From NCBI GenBank assembly GCA_032718475.1, contig JAUCBJ010008996.1:1-64000 (forward strand): a stretch of 64,000 nucleotides of DNA. The letters run 5' to 3'. This DNA comes from Nemertoderma westbladi. Lineage: Eukaryota; Animalia; Xenacoelomorpha. Every line of letters starts with the position of its first letter. Within the stretch, counting starts at the first letter, position 1. Below, piece after piece: positions 13,401-24,109 of the stretch. The translations under genes were made by a program, and so were the position numbers. Below the pieces are notes generated by a model. That model did not search any database and was not told where the DNA came from. It was given only the letters and a program-made list of their open reading frames with translations.

Positions 13401-14463
13401 AGAAGTCACGAAATTTAATACTGAAAATATTTGGAAGAAGAAAGGAATCTCTGTGGTTCCAGTCAAATACTCAATATGTTTTGAGGTTCCTCATGCCAAT
13501 CAAGGTGGTGCTTTGGTACACATCTACAAAGATGGATCTGTACTTATAACACATGGAGGGGTAGAAATGGGCCAGGGTTTACATACAAAAATGGTCCAAA
13601 TCGCATCCAAAGCACTAAAATGCGACCCGAATCGCGTTTTCTTGAGCGAAACTTCCTCTAACTTGGTGCCAAATGCTAGTCCTACTGCTGCTAGTATGAG
13701 CTCGGATTTATATGGGGCTGCAGTAAAGAATGCCTGCGAAAAGCTAGCTGAAAGTTTAACTCCGATAATCAAAGACAACCCCAATGATTCGTGGAATTCT
13801 TGGATTTTAAAGGCTTATATGTCACGAATCCACCTATCTGCTACAGGATTTTACCGATTACCAGTTACTGACAACATGGATGAATTCAAATTCAGTTATT
13901 TTACGTATGGAGCTGCTTGTTCCATGGTAGAGATTGATTGTCTGACAGGTGACCATCGCGTTCTTGGGAGTGACATAGTTATGGATTTGGGCCGAAGTTT
14001 GAACCCAGCGATCGACATCGGTCAGATTGAGGGTGCTTTCACTCAAGGCATGGGTCTATACACATTGGAACAATTACGAGTATCACCAACCGGATACAAT
14101 TACAGCAGAGGACCTGGGGTTTATAAAATTCCGGGATTTTCCGATATTCCAGGATATTTTAACGTCCATCTACTCCAGGGTTCGCGGAATCCTAATGCCG
14201 TTTATTCCTCCAAAGCTGTTGGAGAACCGCCTCTATTCCTCGGTTCATCTGTTTTCTTCGCCATAAAGAACGCCATTCGGGCCTACAGATGCGATGATAA
14301 ACCAAATATGATAAAAACTTCTGGTAAACCGGATCAACTCTTTGTGCTGAACAGTCCAGCGACTGCAGAGAGAATCCGAATGTTGTGTTCCGATGATTTC
14401 GCAACCCAATTCAAAGATAAATATGACAAACATTCAGTTAAATCATGGGTTATCGAACCTTGA
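10408..14463 (+). CDS. XDH: Xanthine dehydrogenase/oxidoreductase-family molybdo-flavoenzyme, copy A (1351 aa, single coding exon)
   Basis: 2Fe-2S motifs GTKLGCGEGGCGAC, QCGFCTPG and GNLCRCTGY; FAD-domain motifs GNTEVG, FAGSQVRN and KEDDIA; Moco-domain motifs GGFGGKE, TAFRGFG, GGVEMGQG, DIGQIEGAF and SKAVGEPP (catalytic Glu). The ORF is uninterrupted. Confidence 0.96.
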   Translation: MMTSAIMKRELVFYVNGVEVREPQPQPETTLIYYLRNSLGLTGTKLGCGEGGCGACTVMISRYNNKLKKVVHFTAVSCLLPLCYVHQCHVTTVEGVGSVRNGLHPVQERLAKYHGSQCGFCTPGIIMSMYTLLRNKSTPSMDDIESAMQGNLCRCTGYRPILEAYHTFTPEGANKCPMGADCCKVKKIPLVADDKLQLYKKADGNKETQDVIFPPALVLAASSPAELVKFQGNRSTWYIPSNLDDLLLIKKEFPSCKIITGNTEVGVEVKFKGFEYPVLVNPVNVTELNAVKITSSGIQFGANITLTQLNEIITSAIDSYEESKCRSFKAFREMLHWFAGSQVRNMSSVGGNIMTASPISDLNPLFLATKSRVEIIDSTTKQIRTVNMDGKFYPAYRKTILTPTEILLSVNIPCTENDEFFMGFKQSKRKEDDIAIVNAGMWVSMDRSQNVVRDIRLAYGGMAPTTVMATKTMETLKGKIWNEALIQTACSTLAEDLPLSMDAPGAMVAFRQTLTTSLFFKFFLHVSESLYLKQNGFIKLPDAVTSSSETKDHTNEYLTPPHTQFNPSALQTYEEVDSNQNKWDVVGRPVMHLSGEEHTTGEAIYFNDMPKVYNELYLALVTSSKAHARIISVDASKALALEGVHSYLDHKDIPGNNKVQTVVDRDEEVFAVNEVFSVGQVIGAIVAEDEPIARRAAKLVIIKYEDLPAILTIEEAIANNSFMGPVNNLERGDFDSDFATSEHRLEGSYRVGGQEHFYLETHGALSVPKPEKNEMEIFSSCQAPETAQRLAAEALGIDFNRVVARVKRLGGGFGGKETRMHMATTTTAVAAHVTGRPVRYSMDREEDMSMTGGRHSFLFKYKVGFNSNGTVNALQLEIFSNGGNSLDLSGAVCTFACYNADSSFNIKSLRVHGKVCKTNLPSNTAFRGFGLPQTLCAIGNIMTDIAAFVNKLDVDIIGMNMYHTGDLTHFGQELTDADNLRRCWSECITKSRYREKLEEVTKFNTENIWKKKGISVVPVKYSICFEVPHANQGGALVHIYKDGSVLITHGGVEMGQGLHTKMVQIASKALKCDPNRVFLSETSSNLVPNASPTAASMSSDLYGAAVKNACEKLAESLTPIIKDNPNDSWNSWILKAYMSRIHLSATGFYRLPVTDNMDEFKFSYFTYGAACSMVEIDCLTGDHRVLGSDIVMDLGRSLNPAIDIGQIEGAFTQGMGLYTLEQLRVSPTGYNYSRGPGVYKIPGFSDIPGYFNVHLLQGSRNPNAVYSSKAVGEPPLFLGSSVFFAIKNAIRAYRCDDKPNMIKTSGKPDQLFVLNSPATAERIRMLCSDDFATQFKDKYDKHSVKSWVIEP

Positions 14464-14514
14464 ATATATTGTTATCGAACCTTGAATCTATTGTTATCGA
14501 ACCTTGAATATATT
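14449..14514 (+). repeat. 22-bp tandem triplication spanning the XDH-A stop codon
   Basis: GTTATCGAACCTTGAAT(A/C)TATT occurs three times; copy B carries two units at about 27076-27119 on the minus strand. Confidence 0.9.
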
Positions 14515-16484
14515 CAATGGCGTGGATATTTATATTCTTCCATAAAGTGAATTCGAATGAGGGAAATGTTTAAAAGGGGCGGCATTGTGTTAAAAAATCT
14601 ATAACAATACTTACAATAGGATGTTCAAACTGAATTGCTTATATTATTTGCTTATATAATTATACATTGTTAAATATCCAATAATTAATTACATAATATA
14701 AAGGGTAAATTCGTAATTGATGTTTGTAATACAATAATATATATTACATAAATCTTATTACACAAAATAATGTTATATAAACTTTAGCAGTATTATTAGT
14801 ATTAATCAAATTGAGCCAATAATATAGACTAGATTATTAAGCTTCAATTTATAATTCTACCATTTAAAAGAATTAAAATCATGTTCAATAATTATTATTT
14901 TATTTTTATAATGCTTTATTACAATAAAGCATTTATTGTGGGATTTATGTCTCGATAAGTTTGGGTTGTTGCGAGAAAGGCGCCAGTAGTCTAAACCCTA
15001 TTTGGCCTGGGGGGGGGGGGGGGGTTGTGGTCATTTTAGAAATTTTATTTGTAATTCATCTGTATCTTTGAGTCAGGTTTGTTGGGAACATTTTGTAACT
15101 TTACCTAAAATTTAAGGGGCTATCCAATAGAACAAACGACATTTACATGGCTATGTTAGTCTTCGTGCTGTGGTCTTCGTGCTAAATTTTGCAAACGTTT
15201 TTATGGCTTACTAAAATTAATTTACTTGTGGTATATAGAGGTTTTTTGGATGCTGATCACGCTTATATAACTTATTTATAACATTGGGGAAAATTTTAAT
15301 TTTCAATGTGCCCCTTGGGGCACAAAAAAAACAAGTAGTGCAAATATGACCACGAAATCAAACTGATTTTATAACCATATGGGTTTTTTGGGATACTGGA
15401 TCACGAATATGAAACTGAAATATATCGTACATTGTTGATTAGGGCATTTTTGGATATGTGTCAATGCGAGGCACGAAAAATACAAGTTTGATAATCTCAA
15501 ATCATTACCAAATCAACCTGATTTTAAGACATTATGGGTTTTCTGATCACGAATATGACACTCAAAAGTATCGTATTACCCAACCAAATTCGATTTTTGC
15601 CGTTTGAAATTTTATGCTACTTTTCGTCTCACCAGCCCCAGACAAGCATCAAAACCGATAGTTGCGTTGCCACGAATGATTTTTAACGAGTTGTATCGTG
15701 ATCAGCGACCTTAAAAACCAGTATAGCTTCGGAATTACAAAACCAAATACAAAATTTATGTTATTTTTGGCTACTTGTATTTTTCGTTATGGGACACCAG
15801 AATGCTCCAAAATTGGGTTTGCATTACCAGAAATATTTATTATATATATTATGTACGTATTATGTATATTATATACAATATGGTGGCTCACTCTATATAC
15901 GGTAAATCCTATTTTTACACCTGCGGAGCATAAAATGCATGTCCCTCCATAAAGCGAGTTGGATAGATGGAATCACTGCGCAGAGCTATGGAAAAGAGGA
16001 GCGCTTAGGCTATTATTGGATGTTGCAACCCGATGCAGAAAGGGTGAAAGCGTCTGCATTGCTGGAGAAGTAAAGACGATGTCAGATCTACTGTACTTCT
16101 CTGGCAACCAACACAATGCAAAAAACGTGAATAGACGATCAGCGATGACACAGTAGGCCCTATGTACTAACTTGAAAGGGATAGAGAATAGGGAAGTCTT
16201 GAAGACCTCATTTCCGCTGTCCGAACTCGCTTGACTTAGAAGTAGAAGTACTGCATGCATGCACCTTTATCTGAGTCACAATCCGAATTGTCAGAGCGCC
16301 AACTGGAGGTCATCAGTTAGATTCCACCAGGACAACAACAATGGCAACTTTGCTAACAACTTACAGTATTGGCTGATGATACAATTGGTAAATTTGAAAG
16401 TCCACGCAAATAATTCAGAGTATATTATTAATGGGATGCAGACAGTTGCCCAACAGGACACTTTATATATATATGTAACGCCAC

Positions 16485-17380
16485 TACACCATGTCCTGGA
16501 ATATAGTGTCGTTATTCTGGTACATGCCCCCCCCCCCCAATTTTTCTACAAATCTTAATGAGATGGCATAAAATTTGAAACAGAGATAGTTTCACCTCCC
16601 TCCTCCTTGCTGGGTGAGCCAAAATTTTTATTTTCGCTTTCATTCTTTAGCTACAAGCGTTTGAAAAAGGTCTCTCCGTCGATATTGCACCAGTCACACC
16701 GCAGTTATTCTTCAAACATTTAGTGATTTGTTGGTGCTAGTGGAAAGCTGACCGTGCAAGGAATCCAAATAGGTAAACATATGTGAATTTGGTTGGGAAA
16801 TAGCTGAGATATGGGCATTCGAATTTTGCATGTATTTGCTTCCGCTGCAGGCCATTTATTCTATTAATAAATACACAATGTTCTAGAACATTTTGTTTAT
16901 CTCATAAGTAGCTTGGCAACAATGCAATGCCTAGATGATAATACTAGTATATGGATATTCATACATAATCAAAATGTTCTAGAACATTGAGTATTAATTT
17001 AATAGAATAAATGGCCTGCAGTGGAAGCTAATACTGTACATGCAAAATTCAGCTACCCAACCAAATTCAAATATTTTTACATATTTGGAATCCTTGCGCG
17101 GTCAGCTTTCCACTAGTACCAACAAATCACTAATTAATGTTTGAAGAATAACTGCGGTGTAACTGGTGCAATATCGACGGAGACACCTTTTTCAAACGCT
17201 TGTAGCTAAAGAATTAAAGCGAAAATAAAAATTCTGGCTCACCCAGCAAGGAGGAGGAAGGTGAAATTATCTCTGTTTCAAATTTCATGAAATCTCATTA
17301 CGATTTGTAGAAAAATGGGTGGGGGGGGGGGGTGGGTCCAGGTACCCGAATAACGACAATATATTCCAGGACATGGTGTA
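16485..17380. mobile_element. Long-palindrome MITE with TA target site (Tc1/mariner-like, non-autonomous)
   Basis: Termini TA-CACCATGTCCTGGAATATA ... TATATTCCAGGACATGGTG-TA. The inverted arms are about 420 bp, around a short spacer near 16910-16965. Confidence 0.85.
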
Positions 17381-17663
17381 ATTTGAATGCCACCCCAAAT
17401 TATATGATTTAACACCAAAAGAAATTATTTTGCACCAAATATATTTTTTTGTAGCACCAATTCACATCCCCCAATTTTGAATATCCCTCTTACCAAAAAC
17501 AATTATTCATCCATCCATTCAATCCATTCATCCATTCAAAAATTATGGCGTCATGGAGAACTTCTGAAAAAATAAGTAAAAAAAAATTAATTAATTGGCA
17601 AAGATCAGCCACCGTAGCAATGCAACATGCCGATAGTAGTACTTAGTAGTATTAGTAGTAGTA

Positions 17664-18879
17664 GGTGACTTGCCCAATAAAAACGTATTTCAGGTCACAG
17701 AGAATGAGTCACTTGCCCAATTGGATTTTTTGAGATCATGATTTCCATTCACTACGTATTTCTGCCTGTGGAGGTAAACTACAGTACTACGGGGGTAAAT
17801 CCTACGCCTACACCCACCCCTACACAGACACACCTATTTGAGGGCAGGTTTGTAAAGAAGCAGGTTACGGAGGCGGGTTGAAAGGAACCAAAACAATAAA
17901 CGAGTGTTAGGAATGTTGTATAAAACCCAAATTTATTGAGAATAAACAGCTGAGAATCAACTGAATTTAATTTAAGAATTCGTTTAATTTCCTGCACATA
18001 ATGGAATGATGTAAACTCAGTCAAATGTATAGGCGTATGTGTAAGCGTAGCGTTTACCTCTGTCACTACATCACATAACATAATAATACTTTCCCATTCC
18101 CACGCTTCTACAAAAAAATTATCATGTTCCATGTGAATTGTTCGTTATCCATGTGAAATATGCATTGCATCAAACTATTGAGAATGTTGGCACAGAAGGG
18201 CCATGGTATGATTATATTTTTTCAATATAACTGAGTAGGCCTAGTCGTAGGGACGAGAATTAAGAGCTGAAAAGTCAAGTCACTTGAATCTTGTGCTCAC
18301 CACTTTTCAGCTTTTAAGTCTCGTACGGAAGACTTCAATTTATGTTGAAAAACATTAATTAAATAATACGACGGCCCTTATTTATAAGCTGCGTTAAACA
18401 TGAAGACAACACTCTTTTTAGGCAACCTTGGTATATTTTTTAAATTATTTTGTTGTTTTTATTAAACAAATGGCGGAGAATAAACAAGAAAATAAAATAT
18501 ATTGGGAATGTGCTCAACGGAAAGCAGTGGCATGCAACGCATTACTAAAAACTAACAATGATAATGTTTTCAAACCATGTGTTAATCAAGGAACACAATC
18601 ACCACCCGAGCAGCTCAGAAAAAGAAGGAAGGAAAAAGGCTCTTCTTGTATTAAATAGACCCAATACTTACATCTCAAAATATTGGGCAAATGTCCTATT
18701 TGGAAAACTAACCTATTGGGCAAAAGTGTCCTATTGGGAAAGTGACCATACCAGATCTAGTTATTGGGCAAGTGAGAAGTGACTCATATGGGAAGTGACT
18801 TAAGGTAAATATTAATTATTTATTTATTGGGCAAGTGACTCATTGGGCAACTGGCATATTTAACAAGTGACGGAACCCC
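17664..18879 (+). mobile_element. Decayed Mutator-like (MULE) element with subrepeat-type TIRs and a FLYWCH zinc-finger relic
   Basis: The ends are built of TTGCCCAATA / TATTGGGCAAGTGAC subrepeats. 18480-18610 translates across one frameshift to KIYWECAQRKAVACNALLKT...LIKEHNHHP (WxC-x6-C...HxH, the FLYWCH pattern). Confidence 0.6.
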
Positions 18880-18924
18880 GGTGTATTGGCGCTTTAAGTA
18901 TATATTAATAAGTGAATTATAATA

Positions 18925-19030
18925 AGCGACACCCGGCTGATGATAACCGGAAGTTTGAAACCTAGATACCGGGTTCGAGCCCCAATAGGGTCGGTTGATA
19001 TTTTTCGCTATGGAGAGCATTATCATCATC
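18925..19030 (+). mobile_element. tRNA-derived SINE-like head (partial)
   Basis: B-box-like GGGTTCGAGCCCC; highly similar to the inverted copy at 19905-20042. Confidence 0.5.
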
Positions 19031-19138
19031 ATTCATCAGCATCATCATTTAGAGATAGGGTATGCAATTTAAGACTGTCCGTTCAATAGAAGTGGATTAG
19101 GTGGGACTGTGAGTGTCAGGGACAAGTGGCTGAACTGG

Positions 19139-19188
19139 TTAGCGATTCTGATGAGGCCTGATAGGCTGAAACGTACGTATAGCGCTGG
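19139..19188 (+). ncRNA. Degenerate minimal type I hammerhead ribozyme (Penelope/retrozyme type)
   Basis: CTGATGA (19148-19154), stem II GGCCT-GAT-AGGCT, GAAA, palindromic stem III ACG-TA-CGT, GTA cleavage triplet, and an imperfect stem I (TTAGCGATT vs TAGCGCTGG). Confidence 0.55.
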
Positions 19189-19334
19189 TTCAACCCCCTT
19201 TGACGCGCTTTCTCATTTTTTCAAATTCTGAACAAAACCATAATATTACATCATTAATTACAGTTGCATAAAAAGCTCAACTCCAATTTATTTATTTATT
19301 ATCATATATAGTGTACATTATGTTGGTTAACTGT

Positions 19335-19904
19335 CAGATGCCCAATAGGGTCCAATATAGGGAACACTTCCCCTATGAGTCTCTTCCCAAATGAGACTTT
19401 TGCCCAATAATATTTACCTTAAGACACTTTCCCTATGAGTCACTTCCCCAATAGGCAATAACTAGATCTGGTATGGTTACTTTCTCAATAAGACTCTTGC
19501 CCAATAGGCCAGTTTTCGAATATAGGACACTTGCCCAATATTTTTGAGATGCGGTGTTTTCTAACCAAAACAATAAACTATAAATTGTTTAACTTGCGGT
19601 CAATTTGCGCTGAGGATCACTAATTTCACTTGCGCTCAATGTGCGCCACTATCTGATTATATGATGACTAGGCCTAGCAACAGGCAGAATGGGCAGAATA
19701 CGTAGTGGATGGAAATTATGGTCTCAAAGACTTATTCCTGTGTCTTATTCTGTAAGTCGAATATTAAGCAAGTGATATATTGTTAAATTGACCTACTTTA
19801 AAATGAAATATATTGGGCAAGTGACTTAAAATATTTTTTTTATTGTAAGTAAGCTTTGAATTGGCAATTGGGGAAGTGTCCTATTGGGCAAATGTCTGCA
19901 TCCC
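19335..19904 (-). mobile_element. Internally deleted, inverted second copy of the MULE-like element
   Basis: 19340-19550 is the reverse complement of 18670-18845 (shared ACCAGATCTAGTTATTG), and 19690-19730 is the reverse complement of 17725-17768. Confidence 0.6.
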
Positions 19905-20042
19905 ATTATGTTGTGATAATGCTCACCATGGCGAAAGTTATCAACCGACCCTATTGGGGCTCAAACCCGGTACCTCGGTTTCAAACTTCCGGTCACCAGG
20001 AGCCGAGTGTGTGTGTCCTAAGACAACTGAGCTACCAGGACG
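19905..20042 (-). mobile_element. tRNA-derived SINE-like head
   Basis: The minus strand reads TCCTGGTAGCTCAGTTG (A box) ... CCGGGTTTGAGCCCC (B-box-like). There is no intact cloverleaf. Confidence 0.55.
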
Positions 20043-20371
20043 GATGAAGAATTTTTTCGCTATCTAGTGGCGGGTTATCATATTTTGGCCTTTTACTAAT
20101 CACTCTAACATAATACAGTAATATATATTTAATTCGCCGTCACCACACCCCACAACAATTCATTGATTATTAATTTGCCGGCATATAGAGTATCAGTGGT
20201 TTCTACAACACTACTGCATTACAGTAACTTCTCTATTTTTTTTACTTCAATATTTTATTATATTATATTGCGAATAAATTATTAACTTAAATATTATTAT
20301 ATTTTATTAAATTTGAAGCCATAAATTACCTCATTAAATGTAAGAACACCACCATCTTACATACTTATTTT

Positions 20372-20962
20372 ACACGTTCGTGGGGCCTTCGCGCAGCACG
20401 AGACTCGGCTAACACGAGAACGGTTAACCCGAGAAAGCTGTGTTCCCGAGTAATTGTTTCTGTTTGCTCTACTAATTCTTTATCTTGCCGACTTGTTCTA
20501 TTTAAGCAATCCTCATTTCTAACCAAATTTCAGATGAATCTGATGGTTGCGTTTTTATAATTACAGCTATACTTCTATGTTTCTGTTAATTCGCCCCCTA
20601 ACGGCAGGCAGAGGAACTATAGAAGTATGTCAGTATTTACAATTTCGAAACCTTTGACAGACCACATGTATACCAAGTTTGGTTTAATTTCATCACTTAG
20701 CCGACGTATTTCGGTTTTTGTCAAAATTCTGAAAGACTTTTGACACTGACCGACTGACAGACTGTCTGATTTTTCACCAAACTTCTGATTATTTCTAAAC
20801 ATTTGATGGACTACAAATATACCAAGTTTGGATTAATTTCCAAGGAATGACCGAGATCTTAGCGATCAAAAATTTGCGACGACGGTCAACGACGACAGAG
20901 AACTCATTAATGGTAGGCCTACCCATATGCTAAAGGCTCTCTTACTTCAGCTCACCCCCACA
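20372..20962 (+). mobile_element. HINE-like non-autonomous element (same family ends as 35495 and 37068)
   Basis: 5' end ACACG..GTGGGGCCTTCGCGCAGCACG, core motif CGCCCCCTAACGGCAG, a GAC-rich tract, and a degenerate 3' end CTTACTTCAGCTCACCCCCACA. Confidence 0.6.
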
Positions 20963-21519
20963 TCACATTATTTGTATACTTGAATTAATTAAGATTGGAC
21001 TTGTTTTATCGTGTATTTTAATATTAAGACATTATTTAATTACGGCCACTATTAGCCACTTTGTGAACGTTGGAATTATTTGATTTTAATGCGTTGTGCA
21101 TGTCAGTGCGGTTTTACTTATATTGTCATTTTTGCATGTGTTTTTTAGTGTAATAAAATTTTTTTATGATACTAACAGTGATGCAGTACTGCAGTGGGCC
21201 AGTCAGCCAGTGGGGCCACCATAGAGAAGTCATGTGTACCTTTTAGGCCTTCCATTACATACCTGCACTACTTACTATACATTACTTATTTATTATTATT
21301 TATGCTAGTTTATCAGTTTATTTATTTTATTGTGAGAGAGACTAGGCTACTGAACTAACCCTGTAAAGAGAAAGTCTTAAAAAAAGAGATCTGCAGATTA
21401 GAGCTACGGGCCACGGGCGGGCCGCGGCATTGTAGCAGCAGCACTAGCAGACTAGCGCGCCGCACCCGCACGCACAGGGAGACAGGCTACCGGCAGATCG
21501 GTACCGTAGAACCGCAGCT

Positions 21520-22863
21520 ATGGCGGCTTGTCTACCAGGTTTATTACGCAATATCGATTTAGTAAAGTTTCGTTGTTCTTGCGGTAAACTATCCCCGATA
21601 TACAGACAGTATTTTTGTCGTTACTGTCTCTCCTTACGATGCTGGTATTGCGTGAGCCACGAGGTGGATTCCTACTTCTGCGGGAACTGCCTAGAGTCGA
21701 TGCCGTCCACGGAAGCCAAAATGAAGCGCAACCGCTGCGGAAATTGTCTGTGCTGCCCGATCTGTCTGCACAATCTCTCGGTACGCGCCAGCAGTCACTC
21801 AGTGCCAAACCCCGCAGACCCGAATAAACCCCTCTCCAAGAAGCTTTACTACCTCTCGTGCGGCCAGTGTCGGTGGACCACCCGGGATATCGGGATGCCA
21901 GATAAACCGGCGGCGAGCGGATTGTGGGCCGACCCGGAGAACCTCCATATGTCCCGAATCGAAGTCCTCATCGAGTTCTACCAGAGCCTCGCCTCCATCG
22001 AGAAGCTCGAGAAACAACGCAAGAAGGTCTCCGCTCGCCGTCGGACCCTCACCATGTACGACAGACAGACAGGACGCCGTCGCAGCTCGTTGGTTTCCTC
22101 CTTCTCTTCGTTGGGACTATCTACCTCTCAACCCCCGATGGAGGCTCCCATCATCTCGCCTCTCTCCGAACTCCCTCCTCTCTCGGAGGAGTTCTACTCC
22201 TCCACCGAGCTCTCCGACTCCTCCACGCTGCCCCAACGCCACGCCGTCCCGGAATCCCAACCCCCGAGTCGTCGCTCGTTGAACCCCATCCATCGACAGC
22301 TCGTCCTCCGCCGTAACGCCCGTTGCCGCGGCTGCGATCACAACCTCTGTAAACCCGACTACATCCCGGGTTCCATTAAGTTTAAGATCGAGTTACTCGC
22401 GTTGCATCACGTCCCGGAGGTGGGCCTCGTTGCCCCGCGCAACCCGCTCGCCTTCTCCGTAGAGAGTCGCGTAATCATCTCAATATCCAACCCCTCGGAC
22501 CAACCTACGTCTCTATGGTTACAGCCACTGTCCAACCGTGAGTTGGATGACGTCACCGCGACTATAATACCACCGGATGGGGAGCTCCATCTAGCGGCCA
22601 AGGACGACATGGCTGAGTTCGAGGAGCCCTCCAGCGGGGACGCGGGAACCGACGATGCTGTGGTCTACCGTCGCAGTAATAAGATCCACGTGGCGACGTC
22701 GGTTACGCCACATAAACCCGCTGGCGATGTTGTCGTCGCTCTTAGGATGGCCTACGATTACCACAACACAGTGATGGCGCTGCAGAGTAAAGGGGAGACC
22801 GCAGCCAAGGTCTCCCGTCTGAGCCAGACACTCATACTGAATCTCGGTTCGGTTCAGCTTTAG
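21520..22863 (+). CDS. DCTN4: Dynactin subunit 4 (p62), 447 aa, single coding exon
   Basis: N-terminal Cys-rich region YFCRYCLSLRC..CVSHEVDSYFCGNCLE.MPSTEAKMKRNRCGNCLCCPICLHNLSVRA; YYLSCGQCRWTTRDIG; RCRGCDHNLCKPDY.PGSIKFKI; C-terminal FEE...DD..VVYRRSNK. Confidence 0.95.
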   Translation: MAACLPGLLRNIDLVKFRCSCGKLSPIYRQYFCRYCLSLRCWYCVSHEVDSYFCGNCLESMPSTEAKMKRNRCGNCLCCPICLHNLSVRASSHSVPNPADPNKPLSKKLYYLSCGQCRWTTRDIGMPDKPAASGLWADPENLHMSRIEVLIEFYQSLASIEKLEKQRKKVSARRRTLTMYDRQTGRRRSSLVSSFSSLGLSTSQPPMEAPIISPLSELPPLSEEFYSSTELSDSSTLPQRHAVPESQPPSRRSLNPIHRQLVLRRNARCRGCDHNLCKPDYIPGSIKFKIELLALHHVPEVGLVAPRNPLAFSVESRVIISISNPSDQPTSLWLQPLSNRELDDVTATIIPPDGELHLAAKDDMAEFEEPSSGDAGTDDAVVYRRSNKIHVATSVTPHKPAGDVVVALRMAYDYHNTVMALQSKGETAAKVSRLSQTLILNLGSVQL

Positions 22864-23490
22864 GACGGTGGTTTTAAGATATTATAATCCCGGTTATGGC
22901 GTCTTTAGTTTTCCTATTTAAATCTATCCGATGTAAATAACATCACGAGGGGCTACTAACTAACTAGTTAATTTTACTTTTCTTCATTTCGACATTATAA
23001 TAATACCGTATGATACATTAAATGAACTTATGATTATTAATTATTATAATAAAATAATTTAAGAATCTTTGGTGAGTCATATTATTTACTTGTGTTTCAA
23101 TTGTTTTATATTATATATTTAGAGGGTTCACTGATTTATTTATTGCCATGTATTTATGTTAAAAACCGATATCTTCATATAACTTAACTGAAGGGATCAA
23201 CATTAATTTTTTTATTCATATTATATGATTAATCATCTCAGCCACACATTGATGGTTAGTACAAAAAGCTACAGTTTATAATTGTTTGCCACCACCCCGT
23301 AACTTTAAATGTATCCCTTCCAGGTACATATCGCATATATATATTATCGACTATAAAATATTATTAAACATGGCAGTCACAGCACCAAGTAACTATTAAC
23401 AGCATAGTAACACAAAATGTTATAGTCCAGCTAAACATGTTGATAAATATAATCATACGTTGTATATAAGTAATATATAAGTAAATAATT

Positions 23491-24090
23491 AACTATAGCA
23501 CATGATTGGGTGTTTTAATGATGTTATTGTTAGTAAAGTGAACTATAGCACATGATTGGGTGTTTTAATGATGTTATTGTTAGTAAAGTGAACTATAGCA
23601 CATGATTGGGTGTTTTAATGATGTTATTGTTAGTAAAGTGAACTATAGCACATGATTGGGTGTTTTAATGATGTTATTGTTAGTAAAGTGAACTATAGCA
23701 CATGATTGGGTGTTTTAATGATGTTATTGTTAGTAAAGTGAACTATAGCACATGATTGGGTGTTTTAATGATGTTATTGTTAGTAAAGTGAACTATAGCA
23801 CATGATTGGGTGTTTTAATGATGTTATTGTTAGTAAAGTGAACTATAGCACATGATTGGGTGTTTTAATGATGTTATTGTTAGTAAAGTGAACTATAGCA
23901 CATGATTGGGTGTTTTAATGATGTTATTGTTAGTAAAGTGAACTATAGCACATGATTGGGTGTTTTAATGATGTTATTGTTAGTAAAGTGAACTATAGCA
24001 CATGATTGGGTGTTTTAATGATGTTATTGTTAGTAAAGTGAACTATAGCACATGATTGGGTGTTTTAATGATGTTATTGTTAGTAAAGTG
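23491..24090. repeat. 50-bp minisatellite, 12 apparently identical copies
   Basis: Unit AACTATAGCACATGATTGGGTGTTTTAATGATGTTATTGTTAGTAAAGTG repeats with an exact 50-bp period. Confidence 0.98.
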
Positions 24091-24109
24091 ATGTCATGTC
24101 AGGAATATC

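Noticed and set aside
10760-14433. Short antisense and alternate-frame ORFs within XDH (and within DCTN4, XDH-B and the BEL ORF)
   Set aside because: These are shadow ORFs of real coding sequence; their duplication merely reflects the XDH duplication.
14990-15950. Possible piggyBac-like or other DNA element with internal TGATCACGAATATGA repeats
   Set aside because: No matching second terminus or TSD could be identified.
18925-20042. Functional tRNA genes
   Set aside because: A and B boxes are present, but no acceptor stem or anticodon arm can be folded; treated as SINE heads. A similar weak head at about 31575-31630 (-) is too degenerate to call.
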